Source: Bdellovibrionales bacterium
Lineage (GTDB): Bacteria > Bdellovibrionota > Bdellovibrionia > Bdellovibrionales > UBA1609
DNA length: 64,000 nt
Assembly (NCBI GenBank): GCA_050246815.1
Contig: JBFWVI010000004.1
Coordinates: 42,975 to 106,974, forward strand
Reading direction: 5' to 3'
The position numbers were made by a program, and so were the translations under genes. Below, one piece after another: positions 40,591-51,236 of this stretch; positions within the stretch are counted from its first letter, which is position 1, and every line of letters begins with the position of its first letter. The notes beneath the pieces were generated by a model. The model had not been told where the DNA came from. It ran no database searches and saw only the letters and a program-made list of their open reading frames with translations.

Positions 40591-40869
40591 ATGAAGCAAG
40601 ATACACGTGACCAATTAGTCGATTGCCTTGAAAAACTGCTCTCGTGCGTGTTGGGCGATGAAGACCCCGAAATCTTTATCGATCGCGTTGCCGAAGAGTA
40701 TTTGATGGCCTTGGTTCGCGAAGCCCACATTCCGCTGCGCTATCTGTCCACTTTGCGTGACGACGTGCGCACCGAAGTTATGGACCTGTTGCGCATCCGC
40801 GCCTACAATTATCCAAGCCTTAAAGAGTATTTCCTTAGCCGAGCCGATCAGGCCCGGCGCTCAGCTTAA
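40591..40869 (+). CDS. Small hypothetical protein
   Basis: Fills the intergenic gap, plausible helical protein, preceded by a promoter-like motif. Confidence 0.7.
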   Translation: MKQDTRDQLVDCLEKLLSCVLGDEDPEIFIDRVAEEYLMALVREAHIPLRYLSTLRDDVRTEVMDLLRIRAYNYPSLKEYFLSRADQARRSA

Positions 40870-40882
40870 GAATCGTCAACAG

Positions 40883-42571
40883 TTAGTTGATGGCGACGCC
40901 ATTGATTTTATCGTCAAATTTGTAATCGCGGATCAAAGAGACTTTGTCTTTTTTGTCCGTACGAGTCAGCATGACCATCAATCTTAAGTTTTTGCACTCT
41001 TGGTCGGCGCAACTCACCAAAGCCTGAACGTCATCAATGCCCTGCAAACGCAGGTCGCCGGCCTTCATCCAACTTAAGATGCTGTCACTCGTACCTCGGC
41101 GCCAGCCCAAATCCATTTCAACGAATTTGTTATTCTTGAAGAAATCCTCTTTGGGGTTCAAAACCTCTTCGGCTCTTCCCGTGACCACTCCACGACCATA
41201 GTTCAGAGTGATTTCCACGTTTACTAAAGCGTTTGTGGCGGTACGATCACGGCGGGTCAATTTGATGCCTTTGATCAAAGCCAAGATCTCACGGCTTCGA
41301 TTCGCCTCAATCTGGTCGATCCTTTTTGATCGTTTAACATCAACAGCCCGGGTCGCGCCATTGCGCTCGTACTTCACCAAACGCCGACCTGCCACGACAA
41401 CCCGGGGCAAGCTGCTGAACAACGGCGCAGCCTGCGGCCTTTGAACTGGTGCAGACGCCGCATCTGCTTGCTTCGCAACCTCAGCACGACGAGCCGCTTT
41501 CAATTGGCCATCGCGGGCGTCTAAAACAGATAATTCCTCAGTCGGTGTCACCAAAGCAGAACTGTCCGCTGCAGCAGCGCCGCCTTCTTGTCGACCAACC
41601 TCTTGATCTCTGCCATCGCGACCTCGGGCCAATTCAGCCTCCCGTGCGGCCTCTTCAGCCGCGCGCTCGGCGTCGGCTTGCGCGCGCTCTTGGCCAAGTA
41701 ACGTTTGGCCGTCTTTCACTGAACGCAACTGATTGCCAAGGCTTGAAGCTTTCACTTTGCCATCCAAACCGATTTGCACCATCACCGCCAATTTGCTTTG
41801 ATCCGCACGGGTGATCAAAATCAAAACTTGCGCCACTTCGCAGGTGTCTTTCAAGCAGGCGGCATAGACTTCAATGCCTTTTAATTCCAACTCACGAGCC
41901 TGCAGATCAATCGAGTTCATTTTAACTTCGACGATCTTCGGCGTTTCAAGCAAGTCTTGGCCGGTCAGTTCTGCTTTGCCACTGGCCACCACATCTTTGT
42001 TACCGACAAGTAACAGATCCAAAGCCAATTCAAAGCGGCCCTCGCCGGCCTTTGCCTCTTTTGCGCTTCGATTGACCAGCTTCACGTCCAAACCTTTGAC
42101 GATGCCGGCCACTTCGCCGCCGCCGCTTTTTAAAACCTCGGCGATCTCGGCCAATTTAGCCACGGCCTTTTCATCTGCTTTTGCTGCCGCTGAGGCGGCT
42201 CCTGCAGTCGAGCCCTCAGCACCACCAGCCTGTTGACCTCCGACTTTCAATCTTTCTTGTTGGTCCATGGTTAAGCTGACAAAGGAGCTCAATGCACCAC
42301 GGCTTTCGTCATTTAATTCCACGCGTTGCTCACTGCCTGCAGTGGCGCCACCGGCTGCGGACTGTTCGCGTCCGGGGACATGAAAAGCGCGATCGCCCTG
42401 GGTTCCACGATCAGCGTCTTGCGGCTTGACTTGGCCGTTGGCTATTTTGGCCTTTAAAACGTCTTCCGGAGTTGTGATTCGCGAGCGAAAACCCTTTTGG
42501 TCAGCACAGGCTACGATCATCGAGGCCGAAATCAACACCGCACCAAGACCTATATATTTGTGAACGCGCAT
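40883..42571 (-). CDS. Large lipoprotein with two C-x4-C repeat domains
   Basis: Lipobox IVAC, RBS AAGGAG, Ala-rich linkers. Confidence 0.82.
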   Translation of the reverse strand: MRVHKYIGLGAVLISASMIVACADQKGFRSRITTPEDVLKAKIANGQVKPQDADRGTQGDRAFHVPGREQSAAGGATAGSEQRVELNDESRGALSSFVSLTMDQQERLKVGGQQAGGAEGSTAGAASAAAKADEKAVAKLAEIAEVLKSGGGEVAGIVKGLDVKLVNRSAKEAKAGEGRFELALDLLLVGNKDVVASGKAELTGQDLLETPKIVEVKMNSIDLQARELELKGIEVYAACLKDTCEVAQVLILITRADQSKLAVMVQIGLDGKVKASSLGNQLRSVKDGQTLLGQERAQADAERAAEEAAREAELARGRDGRDQEVGRQEGGAAAADSSALVTPTEELSVLDARDGQLKAARRAEVAKQADAASAPVQRPQAAPLFSSLPRVVVAGRRLVKYERNGATRAVDVKRSKRIDQIEANRSREILALIKGIKLTRRDRTATNALVNVEITLNYGRGVVTGRAEEVLNPKEDFFKNNKFVEMDLGWRRGTSDSILSWMKAGDLRLQGIDDVQALVSCADQECKNLRLMVMLTRTDKKDKVSLIRDYKFDDKINGVAIN

Positions 42572-42614
42572 ACACGAACTCCTTCAAAGGGCCATCCTGC
42601 CCATAGCCCATTTG

Positions 42615-42630
42615 AGCAAGGCCAATGCCA
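42615..42630 (-). promoter_or_regulatory. Sigma54 -24/-12 promoter
   Basis: TGGCAT-TGGCC-TTGCT, exact GG-N10-GC spacing. Confidence 0.65.
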
Positions 42631-42919
42631 CCCCCTAAGCCCTTAAACCCTTGTAAAAAGGTGCATTTGGGTGACGTTTTTGGGCCCCCTCGCGCGAATG
42701 CGGCACTATTTTTAGAGAAGCGTATGAAAAGGCAAAAGCTTACGGATGAGGCGTTGGCCGCGAAACATTGGTTTAAGTCGTCGATCCCCCACACGATGAC
42801 CATCGCGGGATCAATCATTTTACACTGTCACTCCCGTAACCACTCAAGCGCGTAGCCAAGACAGCGTAGTGATTTCCATGCCTTGAATCTCTGGCGCTGA
42901 ATTTGCTATAAATTGCTGC

Positions 42920-43993
42920 ATGTTTCAGGAGCGCTTTAGACGGCAAATATTTTTAATTATTTTAATCTGTGGACTCAGTGGATCTGCGACTGCAGCCATT
43001 CAAGATCTGTGTTTGTGGGCTTTGAAATGGGGTGGGCTCAACGCGCGAGTACTCGAAGCATTTGAGTACAACCAACCCACCTATCGCGACCTTATTTCCC
43101 TAGATAACACCCTCACCGGTAACGATTCCGAACCAGACAGCTTTACGGAATTTCGAAAATCTTTAAAGGCCGGTGACGTTGTCTATGATGTTGGCAGTGG
43201 CATAGCTGTAGCTTCACTTCAGATGTCCGCTCTCCATGCAACCCATGTTTATGCACTCAGTCTGATCGATTTTGAACCGCGACTGACGGCGGGACGCTTT
43301 TCGATCAAGCCAACTAGTGTTCAGCTCGACGGCTTTATTAAACAAGTTGGTATCTATTCGTGGAAGGAGCTAGAGATCCTCGGAAGGGCTTTGGGGATTG
43401 AATTCCCCGCCACCCCAGAGTTTTATGAAAATGCCTTTCCTCAATTATCGGCGCGTGAGGCCATCGCCCAAGTGGCACGTCAGATTGTGGACCGATTTAT
43501 AAACCTGCGAAACCAGCAAAAAAAACTGGGACTTTTCACACCCTTGATAGGCACCGCAGAAGGGGCTCTGCTCGCGTTAAAAGCTCCGGCAAAGTTGATC
43601 ATCGACATTTATGGTGCGTCTTTCTATTCAGGCCATCGCGCTTGGCTTATCTATCAGTATTATAATCATTTATCCCCGGAAGGCCGAGCCTATGTCTTGT
43701 TGGGTAGCAATCTGTCAACCAATGAAAATTTGCGAGAAGGACCTCGTGACTTTGTTGTAACAAAACGTGGTGAGCAATTGGAACTCTTCAGAAGAATCAG
43801 TCAAAAACACCCGAATATTTTTAGAATAAAACATTCTTTTGGCATGAACCCCACAGACTATTTAGAAATTCGCAAAGACCCCTACGTTCCTTTCCTGCCT
43901 TTTGATTTAATTCGCGATCCAAGCGAAATGACTCTGTATCATGGCAATGGGTCATTTGTGTTTGAGGAGAACTTCCTCTATCGCGAACCATGA
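42920..43993 (+). CDS. Signal-peptide-bearing class I SAM methyltransferase-like protein
   Basis: VYDVGSG motif I, LIIDIYGA, LSPEG; hydrophobic N-terminus ending ATA. Confidence 0.6.
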   Translation: MFQERFRRQIFLIILICGLSGSATAAIQDLCLWALKWGGLNARVLEAFEYNQPTYRDLISLDNTLTGNDSEPDSFTEFRKSLKAGDVVYDVGSGIAVASLQMSALHATHVYALSLIDFEPRLTAGRFSIKPTSVQLDGFIKQVGIYSWKELEILGRALGIEFPATPEFYENAFPQLSAREAIAQVARQIVDRFINLRNQQKKLGLFTPLIGTAEGALLALKAPAKLIIDIYGASFYSGHRAWLIYQYYNHLSPEGRAYVLLGSNLSTNENLREGPRDFVVTKRGEQLELFRRISQKHPNIFRIKHSFGMNPTDYLEIRKDPYVPFLPFDLIRDPSEMTLYHGNGSFVFEENFLYREP

Positions 43994-44102
43994 ACTCCGA
44001 AAAATAAACCTGGTTTTAAAGTCGATTCCCGCTCAACAAAACAGCGGCTTTATGAACGATTTTTCGCGTGATGCGTAAGATCCGGTACAGCCCCCGCCCC
44101 AT

Positions 44103-45338
44103 TTAGCGAGACAAAATCCAATCCTTGAGTTCGGGTATCATCCGACCTAAGAGCACTCCACACGTCTGGCCGGGCATCGCCCAGCTCATAACATCACTTA
44201 GACCACTTTCATGACCAAAGCCGAACACTCGTGACGGATCTTTCATGACAAGAGCAAGGTGCATAAAACCTGAATCCTGAGTGATCACAAACTGAGACGC
44301 GGCCACAAAGGCCTGCCAATGAAGTTTATTGTCAGGCATAAATGCAACGGTGCTCTTGTTCGATTGCACAAAATCTTTTACTGCTTCAACAACATCTGCT
44401 CCAAAAGCTGCCTCTGGAGGCGTAACAAGGATGTTTAAACTTGGATCCTTCTTTTTAATTGCACGGACAAGTAGCTTTAAATTGGCCACATAATGTTTTG
44501 CCATCACATCAATCTTAAACTGACCAGCCGTGTTGAGATTGAGAACAGCGAATTTATTCTGAGCCCTGCCAGGAAAAGAACTGTTCATATGTCGGCTGAT
44601 GTGGGTTTGATGCCCAGGCCGCAAGAAGAACTGCGGCGGTATAAAAAAACCATTTTCATTCCCAAAGAATAAACGTATCAAAAAATCTTCTTTTCGGTAG
44701 ATCGCATAGTCCATCCCACTTGTCTGGGGATCACGGTGATCTAAATAAATATCGACATCTTGCTGCTCGCCGCGATCAAAAACATTTAAAACAAGCAGGC
44801 CATGAGGCAGGTTTATTTCGTCGGTGATGAGGCCCTTGAGTCCCGCTTTTCTTACAAACTCTAAATGTGTGCCTTTTTGCGTAAACCAAAAGGCATGGGG
44901 ACCAGATGCTGAATAAATCTTTTCAGCTGAAGCAGAAAATGGAAGTATCGTGAGCCAACTCTGGGGTTGAATTAAATTGCCGCCAGGGCTTGCGTGATAA
45001 ATATGTGAGTCCGGAAACATTCGATGAAGGGCGTCTAACATCGAAACTGTTCCGATTATCGAATCACCGATATACTTACCCCAGCCGACAAAGACGATTG
45101 GATCTCCGTTTTGGGGAGCAAAATTGATCTTTTCAAAAATGTTTTGCGCAGGCCTAACACCATCTTCGCGGATCGCCCTTCGACGAATCAGTGTTTGAGC
45201 TAGCTGGAAAGGCATTTTTTCGCGGGTTGGCAAATTATCTGAATTTAACCACTTTGAGCAATCTTCGGCACCCACCTGTTCATGACATAGACAGATGATA
45301 CTGATTAAAACTAAAAGAACACGCTGCGGGTACCACAT
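44103..45338 (-). CDS. Signal-peptide-bearing glycosyltransferase family 9-like protein
   Basis: YIGDSII...L...FPDS and VITQDSGFMHLA. Confidence 0.65.
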   Translation of the reverse strand: MWYPQRVLLVLISIICLCHEQVGAEDCSKWLNSDNLPTREKMPFQLAQTLIRRRAIREDGVRPAQNIFEKINFAPQNGDPIVFVGWGKYIGDSIIGTVSMLDALHRMFPDSHIYHASPGGNLIQPQSWLTILPFSASAEKIYSASGPHAFWFTQKGTHLEFVRKAGLKGLITDEINLPHGLLVLNVFDRGEQQDVDIYLDHRDPQTSGMDYAIYRKEDFLIRLFFGNENGFFIPPQFFLRPGHQTHISRHMNSSFPGRAQNKFAVLNLNTAGQFKIDVMAKHYVANLKLLVRAIKKKDPSLNILVTPPEAAFGADVVEAVKDFVQSNKSTVAFMPDNKLHWQAFVAASQFVITQDSGFMHLALVMKDPSRVFGFGHESGLSDVMSWAMPGQTCGVLLGRMIPELKDWILSR

Positions 45339-45422
45339 AGAGCATGTATAGCAAAATCACTGTGCCAACCGCGCCATCAAATGACTACCCAAAAACACCC
45401 CAGCCCCCTATAGTCGTATCCT

Positions 45423-47033
45423 ATGTCCACCCCGCTTCACCAAACCTGGTCACGCCGTGATTTCCTGCAGTTCATAGGGCAAACCGCATTGACGACCGCT
45501 TTGCCGGTTTCGTTTTTGGGATGCAGTTCGGCGCCCTTAAGCTCTTTGCCCTTTAAACCCATCCAGCCCAGCACAGATGACCAGTTGCTTTTGGCTGAAG
45601 GTTTTCACTCACAGATTTTAATCTCGTGGCAAGATGCTTTGACCCCCCAACTCAAGTTTGGCTTCAACAACGACTACACCGCCTTTTTCCCGTTTCAGCC
45701 GACCACTCCTGATGAAGGGGTTTTGTGGGTCAATCATGAGTCCGTCAATCCCCTGTTCATCACCGGCTGGGCCTCAGGCCAAGTCCGGCAGCGTGAGGAT
45801 GTGATCAAAGAAATGAAAGAAGTTGGCGGCAGTCTTGTTCATATCGTGCAAAAAGATGGCCGCTGGCAAGTGGTCAAGAATAGCAAGTTCAACCGCCGCC
45901 TGGATGCCCACACCCCCATTCCCTTTGTCAGTGCCCGCCCCATCGCCGGTCAAAAAGTGGCGATGGGAACCTTGGCCAACTGCGCTGGCGGCGTGACCCC
46001 CTGGGGCACGCTTTTGACTTGCGAAGAAAATTACGACAATTGCTATGGCGAGCTGAATTATTCTTCTGGCAAAGCAACCTGGAAGCCCGGACCAGACTAT
46101 ATATACTGGCGCGATTTCTTCCCAACCAATTCACCCGAGCACTATGGTTGGGTCGTCGAGGTGAATCCTTTCACCGGTGCGGCCAAAAAGCTCACGGCGT
46201 TAGGCCGCTTTTGTCACGAATCAGCCACTGTGGTTGTGGCCCGCGATGGCCGCTCCGTCGTTTATTCGGGCGACGACCACAATGATGAATGTCTGTATAA
46301 GTTTATTGCCACAAAACCCGGATCCCTTGAACAAGGCGAGCTATTTGCCGCCAACATCGAAAGTGGCCGCTGGCTACCGCTGAATTGGAACCAGCAGCCT
46401 TTGCTGCAAAAGCACTTCAAGGACCAAACCGAAGTTTTGATCCGCGCCCGTGACGCCGCCCATCTTTTAGGGGCATCGCGCCTGGACCGCCCAGAAGATG
46501 TTGAAATCCACCCCACAACGGGTGCCGTGTTCGTGACTCTCACCAACAACAAGGACAAAAAGAATTATCACGGCTCCATCCTTAAAATCGTCGAAGATCA
46601 AAATGACTATTTATCAATGAGCTTCAACGCCAGCACCTTCTTGACCGGTGGTCGCGGCGCGCAGTTCACTTGCCCAGACAATATGGTCTTTGATCGACGC
46701 GGCAATTTGTGGCTGACCAATGACGTGTCAGATCAAAGTTTGAATCGCAGCAAGTACAAGGGCTTTGGCAACAACTCTCTCTTTTACATCCCGATGTCCG
46801 GCGCTCACGCGGGCCGTGTGCTGCGCGTTGCTTCAGCACCCGTTACGGCCGAACTCACTGGTCCCAGCTTCTCGCCCGACGGCAAAACTTTGTTTTTATC
46901 CGTACAACACCCCGGCGAAAATTCTGATGATCGCTTGAAACCCACCAGTCACTGGCCACTGGGCGGTAACAACATGCCCAAGCCTTCGGTCGTCACCATC
47001 TCGGGTCCCGCATTAGATTCTTTGATTGCTTAA
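45423..47033 (+). CDS. phoX: PhoX family alkaline phosphatase, Tat-exported
   Basis: SRRDFL, VNHE, NCAGGVTPWGT.LTCEEN, GRFCHE, DRPED, PDN and SVQHPGE. Confidence 0.93.
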   Translation: MSTPLHQTWSRRDFLQFIGQTALTTALPVSFLGCSSAPLSSLPFKPIQPSTDDQLLLAEGFHSQILISWQDALTPQLKFGFNNDYTAFFPFQPTTPDEGVLWVNHESVNPLFITGWASGQVRQREDVIKEMKEVGGSLVHIVQKDGRWQVVKNSKFNRRLDAHTPIPFVSARPIAGQKVAMGTLANCAGGVTPWGTLLTCEENYDNCYGELNYSSGKATWKPGPDYIYWRDFFPTNSPEHYGWVVEVNPFTGAAKKLTALGRFCHESATVVVARDGRSVVYSGDDHNDECLYKFIATKPGSLEQGELFAANIESGRWLPLNWNQQPLLQKHFKDQTEVLIRARDAAHLLGASRLDRPEDVEIHPTTGAVFVTLTNNKDKKNYHGSILKIVEDQNDYLSMSFNASTFLTGGRGAQFTCPDNMVFDRRGNLWLTNDVSDQSLNRSKYKGFGNNSLFYIPMSGAHAGRVLRVASAPVTAELTGPSFSPDGKTLFLSVQHPGENSDDRLKPTSHWPLGGNNMPKPSVVTISGPALDSLIA

Positions 47034-47261
47034 GCAATAGAAAATAATTGCACCGGCAACTTTTTCTAAACGCATAGCGACTACAACTTCGCGTCACGCA
47101 AAACGCACTGAAGATACTCGGGAAATTGCTGTGAAAAAAAATCATGCACAACGCGGTGCCGGTAAATAAATTTTACTAGGAATTACTAATGTGACCCATA
47201 ACCGCTTGTTTAAGTGTTCGATTACCGACACATTTTCAGAAATTTTTAACGCAACTCATGA

Positions 47262-47277
47262 TGGTTCGTTAGTTGCT
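47262..47277 (+). promoter_or_regulatory. Sigma54 -24/-12 promoter candidate
   Basis: TGGTTC-GTTAG-TTGCT (GG-N10-GC) in a ~300-bp intergenic region. Confidence 0.55.
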
Positions 47278-47330
47278 AATACAGTTCCGTATTGGCACTG
47301 ACGAAGTGACTTTAACAAAAAGGGGTTTTT

Positions 47331-48149
47331 ATGAAACGGCTGGGGGGCCTGTTAGTTTCTGCTCTTATCGCAAGTGCGACGGCAGCAGAAGGCCAAGAGT
47401 TAATTGGCCAAGTGAAAGCGAACGGGAATCTGAAAACAAGTTACTCGATCTCAAACGACCAAACCTCGGTCACCACGACCGCCGCCGATGTCGGCAACAA
47501 ATATGAAAGCAAAATGGATTCGTACTTATTCCCCAGCCTTAAAGCGGCTGTGCAGGGAATGGCATTCGTAAGTTCGGTCATGCAAACCAAAGGCAGCGAA
47601 AGTGTCGAAACCAGTTCTTGGGCAGATTACGACACAAAAAAGCGAAAATCACACGCCTTCGTCAAGCTGGCACTGCAATCCCCGCTGACTCTGCTTTTCG
47701 AAATTGAGGAGAGCTACCGCGCCTGCAAAGCCGAATCGGTCAAGACCAGCACCGACAGTGAAAGTGGCACCACCACCACCACCAGTTGCTCGAAACAATC
47801 CGAACTCACGATCCGTGGTCCTGTTGCGGTTTACGGCAACTACGCCAACTCAATCAATGTGGATGCGCTTTTACGCAACAAACAAGAAATCAACTTAAAC
47901 CTAAGCAAAGACTATAGCGGCAAAGACACCAATATGGTCAGCCGCTTTATGGTGAAATCGATCAGCTTCGATGAAAGTCTGGCGCGATTCTTTCGCGTCT
48001 TTAATATCCCGGTTTTCGTCGGTCACGGCGGGGACCTTGGTTACGGCAACGGACTGCTCGACAAAGTTTCACCCTTGACCTCGCGACAACGCTTGATGCT
48101 TGGCATCTCGCGGGTCGTGCGCTCCGCGAATGAAAGGATCATGAACTAA
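47331..48149 (+). CDS. Secreted hypothetical protein, first gene of the subtilase operon
   Basis: Signal peptide, one Cys pair around a Ser/Thr-rich loop; TAATG overlap with the next gene. Confidence 0.82.
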   Translation: MKRLGGLLVSALIASATAAEGQELIGQVKANGNLKTSYSISNDQTSVTTTAADVGNKYESKMDSYLFPSLKAAVQGMAFVSSVMQTKGSESVETSSWADYDTKKRKSHAFVKLALQSPLTLLFEIEESYRACKAESVKTSTDSESGTTTTTSCSKQSELTIRGPVAVYGNYANSINVDALLRNKQEINLNLSKDYSGKDTNMVSRFMVKSISFDESLARFFRVFNIPVFVGHGGDLGYGNGLLDKVSPLTSRQRLMLGISRVVRSANERIMN

Positions 48150-50053
48150 TGAAAAAATTAATCGCCATCCTCACTCTCGCCACACTCGCCACTGGCTGTT
48201 CAGTTCAACTGGGCAAAGGTAAAAGTAAAAACTCGGGCACCGCCGTTCGAAACGATGTGATTGCCAATGAATTCGTTTTCGCGGGCGATGAAGCGCTGGT
48301 CGGTCGCTACTTAAATTCGATGGGTATTGACGCCACGATTATCCCGGTTGCCAAAGGGGCCCAGGCTTTTCAAGTCCGCTACAAAGGCAACGTGGACTAT
48401 GAAACCTTGGCCAGTGGTCTTGAAAGCCAGGTTGAATACATCGAACCCAACTTCAAAGTGCGCGCCGAAGCCAGTATGGATCGCTACAGCTGGCCCAATG
48501 ACCGCTTGTTCTTCAAACAATGGGCCCTAAACAACATCGGCCAAAGCCCACCGTTTGGATTGCCCGGCACCGAAGGCGCCGACATGGACTTGCTCAAAGG
48601 CTGGTCCATCACCAAAGGTTCAAAACAAGTTGTTGTGGCCGTGATCGACACCGGCGTCGACTACACTCACCCAGACTTGAAGGACAATATGTGGGTGAAT
48701 GAAAAAGAATCTGAACAAAAGGGCGGCGTTCCGGGGCGCGATGACGATGGCAACGGATTGATCGATGATGTCTACGGTTACGACTTTTACTCCGGCGGCC
48801 GCCAAGAAATTAAGTTCGGCGCCCCCGGCGACAACGAGCCCATGGATGAAGACGGCCACGGCACTCACTGTGCCGGCAGTATCGGCGCCATTTCGGGCAA
48901 CGCCCAAGGTATCGTGGGCATGAACCAGCAAGTCAGTATCATGGCCCTGCGGTTCTTAGGCGCCGGTGGTGGTTCCACGGTCGACGCGGTTCGCGCGATC
49001 TATTACGCCATCGACAAAAAAGCGAATGTGATGTCCAACTCCTGGGGGGGAGGGGGTGATTCCAAGCTTTTGCGTGACGCAATCGCCGATGCGCAAAAGG
49101 CGGGAATCCTGTTCGTCGTTGCGGCCGGCAACGATGGCAGCAATATCGATATCAAACCCAGCTATCCGGCCTCTTACGACAAAGACTCCCGCGGCAATCC
49201 GCTGACCAACATACTGAGCGTGGGTGCCAGCGACAACCAAGACAATCCGGCTGAGTTCAGCAACTACGGCCACGAAGGTGTCGACGTGTTCGCCCCCGGC
49301 GTGCACATTGTCAGCACCTACCCCGTCGCCCTGGCGCAGGCCCGTCCCTACGCGGTGATGTCGGGAACCTCCATGGCGGCCCCTTATGTGTCAGGCTTGG
49401 CCGTGTTGATGATGGCCAACAACCCCGGGCTGCGCAATCAGCCTGAAACCGTTCGTCAGATCATCATGAACAGCGCCGATGTGAAAGAGTCTTTGTTAGG
49501 CAAAGCCGCAAGCCCCGGTCGCATCAATGTGACCAAAGCTTTGCAGCAAAAATCCGATCTGGCCCAAAAACCGAATTGGTTGGCAAAGAATCAATCGATC
49601 AAAGAGCGCGGCTATCAACAAAACGTGGTCGACATCCGTCACGAAATCAAGGTCGACGGCGCCAAAGCGATTCGCGTGCACTTCGATTTTATTCAGATCG
49701 AAGAGCCCTACGACAGCCTGTACTTGTACGATAAAAATCTGCGCCTGATCACTCACGTCGAAGAAACTCAAACCCGTGACCACTGGTCGGCCACAATCCC
49801 TGGCGACACCGTCACCGTGCGTTTCACCAACTCGCTGGTGCGACAAATCGTGATGGGCATGGCACCCCCGCAATCTTCAGAGGCCGCATGCATGGCCTTG
49901 GGCGCTGAAGAGGTTTTGCAGTCCGGCACGGAATTCCGCTGCATGACCGACTCCGAAAGCTCGGGCAGCAGCAAGACATACAGCACGTTTAACTCGGAAG
50001 GCTTTAGCATCGACCGCATTGAATACTTGGCCGCTGATGGAGGTAAAAAATGA
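48149..50053 (+). CDS. S8 subtilase lipoprotein with propeptide and CUB-like C-terminal domain
   Basis: Lipobox ATGC; VIDTG, HGTHCAG, AAGN, GTSMA; RVHFDFIQIEEPYDSL. Confidence 0.95.
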   Translation: MKKLIAILTLATLATGCSVQLGKGKSKNSGTAVRNDVIANEFVFAGDEALVGRYLNSMGIDATIIPVAKGAQAFQVRYKGNVDYETLASGLESQVEYIEPNFKVRAEASMDRYSWPNDRLFFKQWALNNIGQSPPFGLPGTEGADMDLLKGWSITKGSKQVVVAVIDTGVDYTHPDLKDNMWVNEKESEQKGGVPGRDDDGNGLIDDVYGYDFYSGGRQEIKFGAPGDNEPMDEDGHGTHCAGSIGAISGNAQGIVGMNQQVSIMALRFLGAGGGSTVDAVRAIYYAIDKKANVMSNSWGGGGDSKLLRDAIADAQKAGILFVVAAGNDGSNIDIKPSYPASYDKDSRGNPLTNILSVGASDNQDNPAEFSNYGHEGVDVFAPGVHIVSTYPVALAQARPYAVMSGTSMAAPYVSGLAVLMMANNPGLRNQPETVRQIIMNSADVKESLLGKAASPGRINVTKALQQKSDLAQKPNWLAKNQSIKERGYQQNVVDIRHEIKVDGAKAIRVHFDFIQIEEPYDSLYLYDKNLRLITHVEETQTRDHWSATIPGDTVTVRFTNSLVRQIVMGMAPPQSSEAACMALGAEEVLQSGTEFRCMTDSESSGSSKTYSTFNSEGFSIDRIEYLAADGGKK

Positions 50054-51207
50054 AGTCCCGCGCAATGATCTACACCTTGCTTTTAAGCTTTGGTCTGCTG
50101 GGCTGCACGCAAACGGTGATCGTGTACAAACCCAACCCGAAAATGGACCCCTTACCTGTGGTAACAAACAAACCCGAAGCCGACAAAGATGATCCGGACT
50201 TTGGCAAGCAGTGGCACATGGCCAAGATGGGTGTGACCAAAGAAATCCTGGCGACCCCGCTGCTGGACGGCAACTACAATGTCAAAATCGCCGTGCTGTC
50301 GACGGGCGTTGACTACAACCACGAAGATTTACGCGGTCAAATCGCCATCAATACGGCCGAGATCACACAAAAGGCGGCCGGCGACAAGCCCGGGCCAAAT
50401 CGCGAAGATGACGATAAAAACGGCCTGGTCGACGACATCGTCGGCTATGACGTCGTTGATGGCGATGGTTTGGCCTATGATCGTCACGGCGCAGGCACTG
50501 CCGTTGCGGGGCTGATCGCGGCCCGCATGAAAAACGGCGTGGGGGTTTCGGGTCTCATGAAGAAAGTGCAGCTCTACCCGATCCGCTACATCGACGACAA
50601 CGGTCAAAGCTCGGTGGCCAACTTGGCCAGCGCGCTTGAACTGGCCGTGAAAATCCGCCCCCATGTGGTGTTTATCCAAAACACTCAGTTCCGCCTGGGT
50701 GGTCATGATGGCAATTCCGAAGTGGCCAGTGTCGAAGCTAGCCTTGTAAAACGTCACCTGGACGAACTGCAGACCCTCAAAATCCCCGTGGTCTTGGGCG
50801 CTGGCGACGGCATGAGCGATTACGGCAACGACGAAATCGAAAAAATGCTGAAGTCCTTCGACAATTTGATCGTGGTCACGGCCACTGGCAAAGATGACAA
50901 TCGCACTTTGATGGCCAATTTCAGCATGACGGATGTGTTGATCGCGGCACCTGGCGAAAAGCTGTTCACCTTAAAACCGTTCAACAAGTACGGCGAGGTT
51001 TCAGGCACCGGTTATGCCGCCGCCCATGTGACCGCCGCTCTGGGTTTGGCCCGCTCGATGCTGGGTGATCGCGCCACATCTGAAAAGTTAATCCCAGCCC
51101 TGCTGTCGCCCAAAGGCAGCGATCAGGTGCCGGCCTTGACACCGTTCACACGCAGCGGAACGCGTTTAAATGTCGTGAAGTTCTTGAACGAAATTAAAAC
51201 GCTTTAA
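50050..51207 (+). CDS. S8-fold lipoprotein, catalytically dead (pseudoprotease)
   Basis: Lipobox LLGC; LSTG, AGTAVAG, GAGD and GTGYA replace the D, H, N and S motifs. Confidence 0.88.
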   Translation: MKSRAMIYTLLLSFGLLGCTQTVIVYKPNPKMDPLPVVTNKPEADKDDPDFGKQWHMAKMGVTKEILATPLLDGNYNVKIAVLSTGVDYNHEDLRGQIAINTAEITQKAAGDKPGPNREDDDKNGLVDDIVGYDVVDGDGLAYDRHGAGTAVAGLIAARMKNGVGVSGLMKKVQLYPIRYIDDNGQSSVANLASALELAVKIRPHVVFIQNTQFRLGGHDGNSEVASVEASLVKRHLDELQTLKIPVVLGAGDGMSDYGNDEIEKMLKSFDNLIVVTATGKDDNRTLMANFSMTDVLIAAPGEKLFTLKPFNKYGEVSGTGYAAAHVTAALGLARSMLGDRATSEKLIPALLSPKGSDQVPALTPFTRSGTRLNVVKFLNEIKTL

Positions 51208-51236
51208 GCTCCCCAAGCGATCAAAAGTGTTCCCTT

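Noticed and set aside
42892..42907. Sigma54-like TGGCGC-TGAAT-TTGCT before the methyltransferase
   Set aside because: Spacing is correct, but it overlaps an equally good extended -10 leaderless signal, so it is left uncalled.
45350..45367. TGGCAC...TTGC before the GT9-like gene
   Set aside because: GG-to-GC spacing is 12, not the required 10.
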